In this document: positions 43,821 through 44,850 of the stretch, one piece after another
Layout: each line of letters opens with the position of its first letter
How positions within the stretch are numbered: position 1 is the stretch's first letter
Source: Acidobacteriota bacterium
GTDB taxonomy: Bacteria > Acidobacteriota > Aminicenantia > UBA2199
Length of the DNA: 44,850 nucleotides
Direction: 5' to 3'
Assembly: GCA_030837085.1 (NCBI GenBank)
Contig: JAUPLE010000104.1
Coordinates: 1-44,850 of the forward strand
Notes under the pieces: model-generated
The model's database searches: none
Told to the model about the DNA's origin: nothing
The model's input: the letters and a program-made list of their open reading frames with translations, nothing else
Position numbers and translations under genes: made by a program

Positions 43821-44540
43821 TTACTCTTCAGTTTCCTGGGTGCTTGTTTTAACGGCAGGGGGGTTCCACCCCACCACTGAACCCTGTCGAACCCTGAGTA
43901 GGTAAGGAGACAGGGTTGTATTGGGTAGGGTGCGGACATTGTCTTCGATCTTGATGGGCCCGGTGCCGGACCCGCTGGCCAGGAGGCAGTTGGACCCGAT
44001 TTCGATCAAGCCGTAGCGGAATTTTCCATTGCCGTCGTAGCCGTGAACGGTCAGGCGGGTGAAAGCCCCCAATAGGGTGTTATCGCCGATAAAAATCAGT
44101 TCAGGCCGGAAGTGATCCAACCAGGCCATTTGCATAATCTCGGTATTTTTGCCGATGTGAACGCCCATCCGGCGGTACAGCCGGTTTTTCCCGGGAGTGC
44201 CTTTTAAGAATAGGGATATGATCAATTGGAAAGCGACACGAATACGTCGTCCGAAGGGGAGGTTTACTTTTCTCCAGCTCAGGGCGTTTTTTTCTTCCGG
44301 GGCGCCCAGGCCGGATATGGTTTAGATGAGTTTAATGGGGGTCAAAAATTTGTCAAGGCGTTCTTTGCCTTCCTGGGTCATGGGGTTTAGCTCTTCGAAA
44401 CTTACTCCCGGGTCTGAGGCGCGTTTATGGATATAGAGGGTGCGTTTCTTTTTCCTGCCCAGTTTAATTCCCCGGGTGATAAGTTCGGTAGTGACCATTT
44501 TCATAACTTCTTCAGGGCTTTTGTTCATATATTTTTTCAT
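43821..44540 (-). pseudogene. Hexapeptide-repeat (LbH) acyltransferase, YvoF-like, interrupted by one in-frame TAA at 44322-44324
   Basis: ORFs 44322-44678 and 43821-44225 are in the same frame with only this stop between them. KNRLYRRMGVHIG...PELIFIGDNTLLG...HGY matches the YvoF-like pattern. No ATG lies between the stop and the conserved part. Confidence 0.6.
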
Positions 44541-44646
44541 GTTTTTCTCGATTGGTAGGCAAATTGATTTTGCCTTTAAAATATTATATGGGAAATCGGA
44601 AATAGATGCAAGAGAGCTGAAAATTTTTGCCCAAAAAGAAAATAGC

Positions 44647-44670
44647 CACAAAGGCACGCAGGCACAAAGG
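44647..44670. repeat. 8-bp tandem array (CACAAAGG)
   Basis: CACAAAGG CACGCAGG CACAAAGG. Confidence 0.75.
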
Positions 44671-44677
44671 AACACCA

Positions 44678-44850
44678 AGCCCCCGACAGGTTACGGCAAC
44701 GCCACGAAAGGTTTCCGGCAGACCCCGAAAGAATGTGGGAAGGGTTCCTGGGAATATTTATAGACCCGGAAAAAATTCCAGGAGACCGCGAATGATTCCC
44801 GGGCGATCGCGAAAGAATTTTGAGCGGCCCCGAACGATTTTTAAGCGACC
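44678..44850. repeat. Degenerate 21-bp periodic array, at least 8 units, runs off the window end
   Basis: CGA cores at 44684, 44705, 44726, 44789, 44810 and 44831, with degenerate units at 44747 and 44768; spacing is exactly 21. Confidence 0.78.

Noticed and set aside
44541-44678. N-terminal extension MVFLCACVPLWLF... of the 118-aa ORF
   Set aside because: It is the translation of the CACAAAGG repeat plus an AT-rich spacer. The ATG at 44540 or 44528 is more plausible.
44678-44850. Possible CRISPR array
   Set aside because: Units are contiguous and degenerate with no unique spacers, and no cas genes are present.
1-44850. tRNA, rRNA, transposase, integrase or intein
   Set aside because: None was recognised, and the in-frame inserts are far too short and lack splicing motifs.

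Overview
Most of the window (1045-42074, minus strand) is one co-oriented ~41 kb hybrid NRPS/PKS biosynthetic gene cluster. It lies between a convergent efp gene and a DUF72/OsmC/acyltransferase block. In transcription order it encodes a PP-loop ATPase, a PLP aminotransferase, C-A-T-KS-AT-KR-T, C-A-T, KS-AT-T, C-A-T, C-A-T-C, a DUF5916-like outer-membrane protein, and a four-module NRPS ending in a thioesterase. The enzymology is unusual: two A domains lack the alpha-amino-binding Asp, the stand-alone KS has Cys->Ser at its active site, two A domains have an unfamiliar Trp-rich code, and two subunits share nearly the same N-terminal docking peptide. The most striking DNA-level signal is that the synthetase genes carry many short in-frame repeat or palindrome elements from several unrelated families (7-, 8-, 9- and 14-mer arrays, a 55-bp hairpin, a C6/G6 hairpin), and these recur at the same few loop positions. 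One 55-bp element with compensatory stem changes is translated in two different frames. Similar repeat types occur between genes. At the right end are a YvoF-like acyltransferase split by one in-frame TAA and a degenerate 21-bp periodic array. A-domain codes were read by eye against GrsA, reference codes are from memory, and no database search was run.
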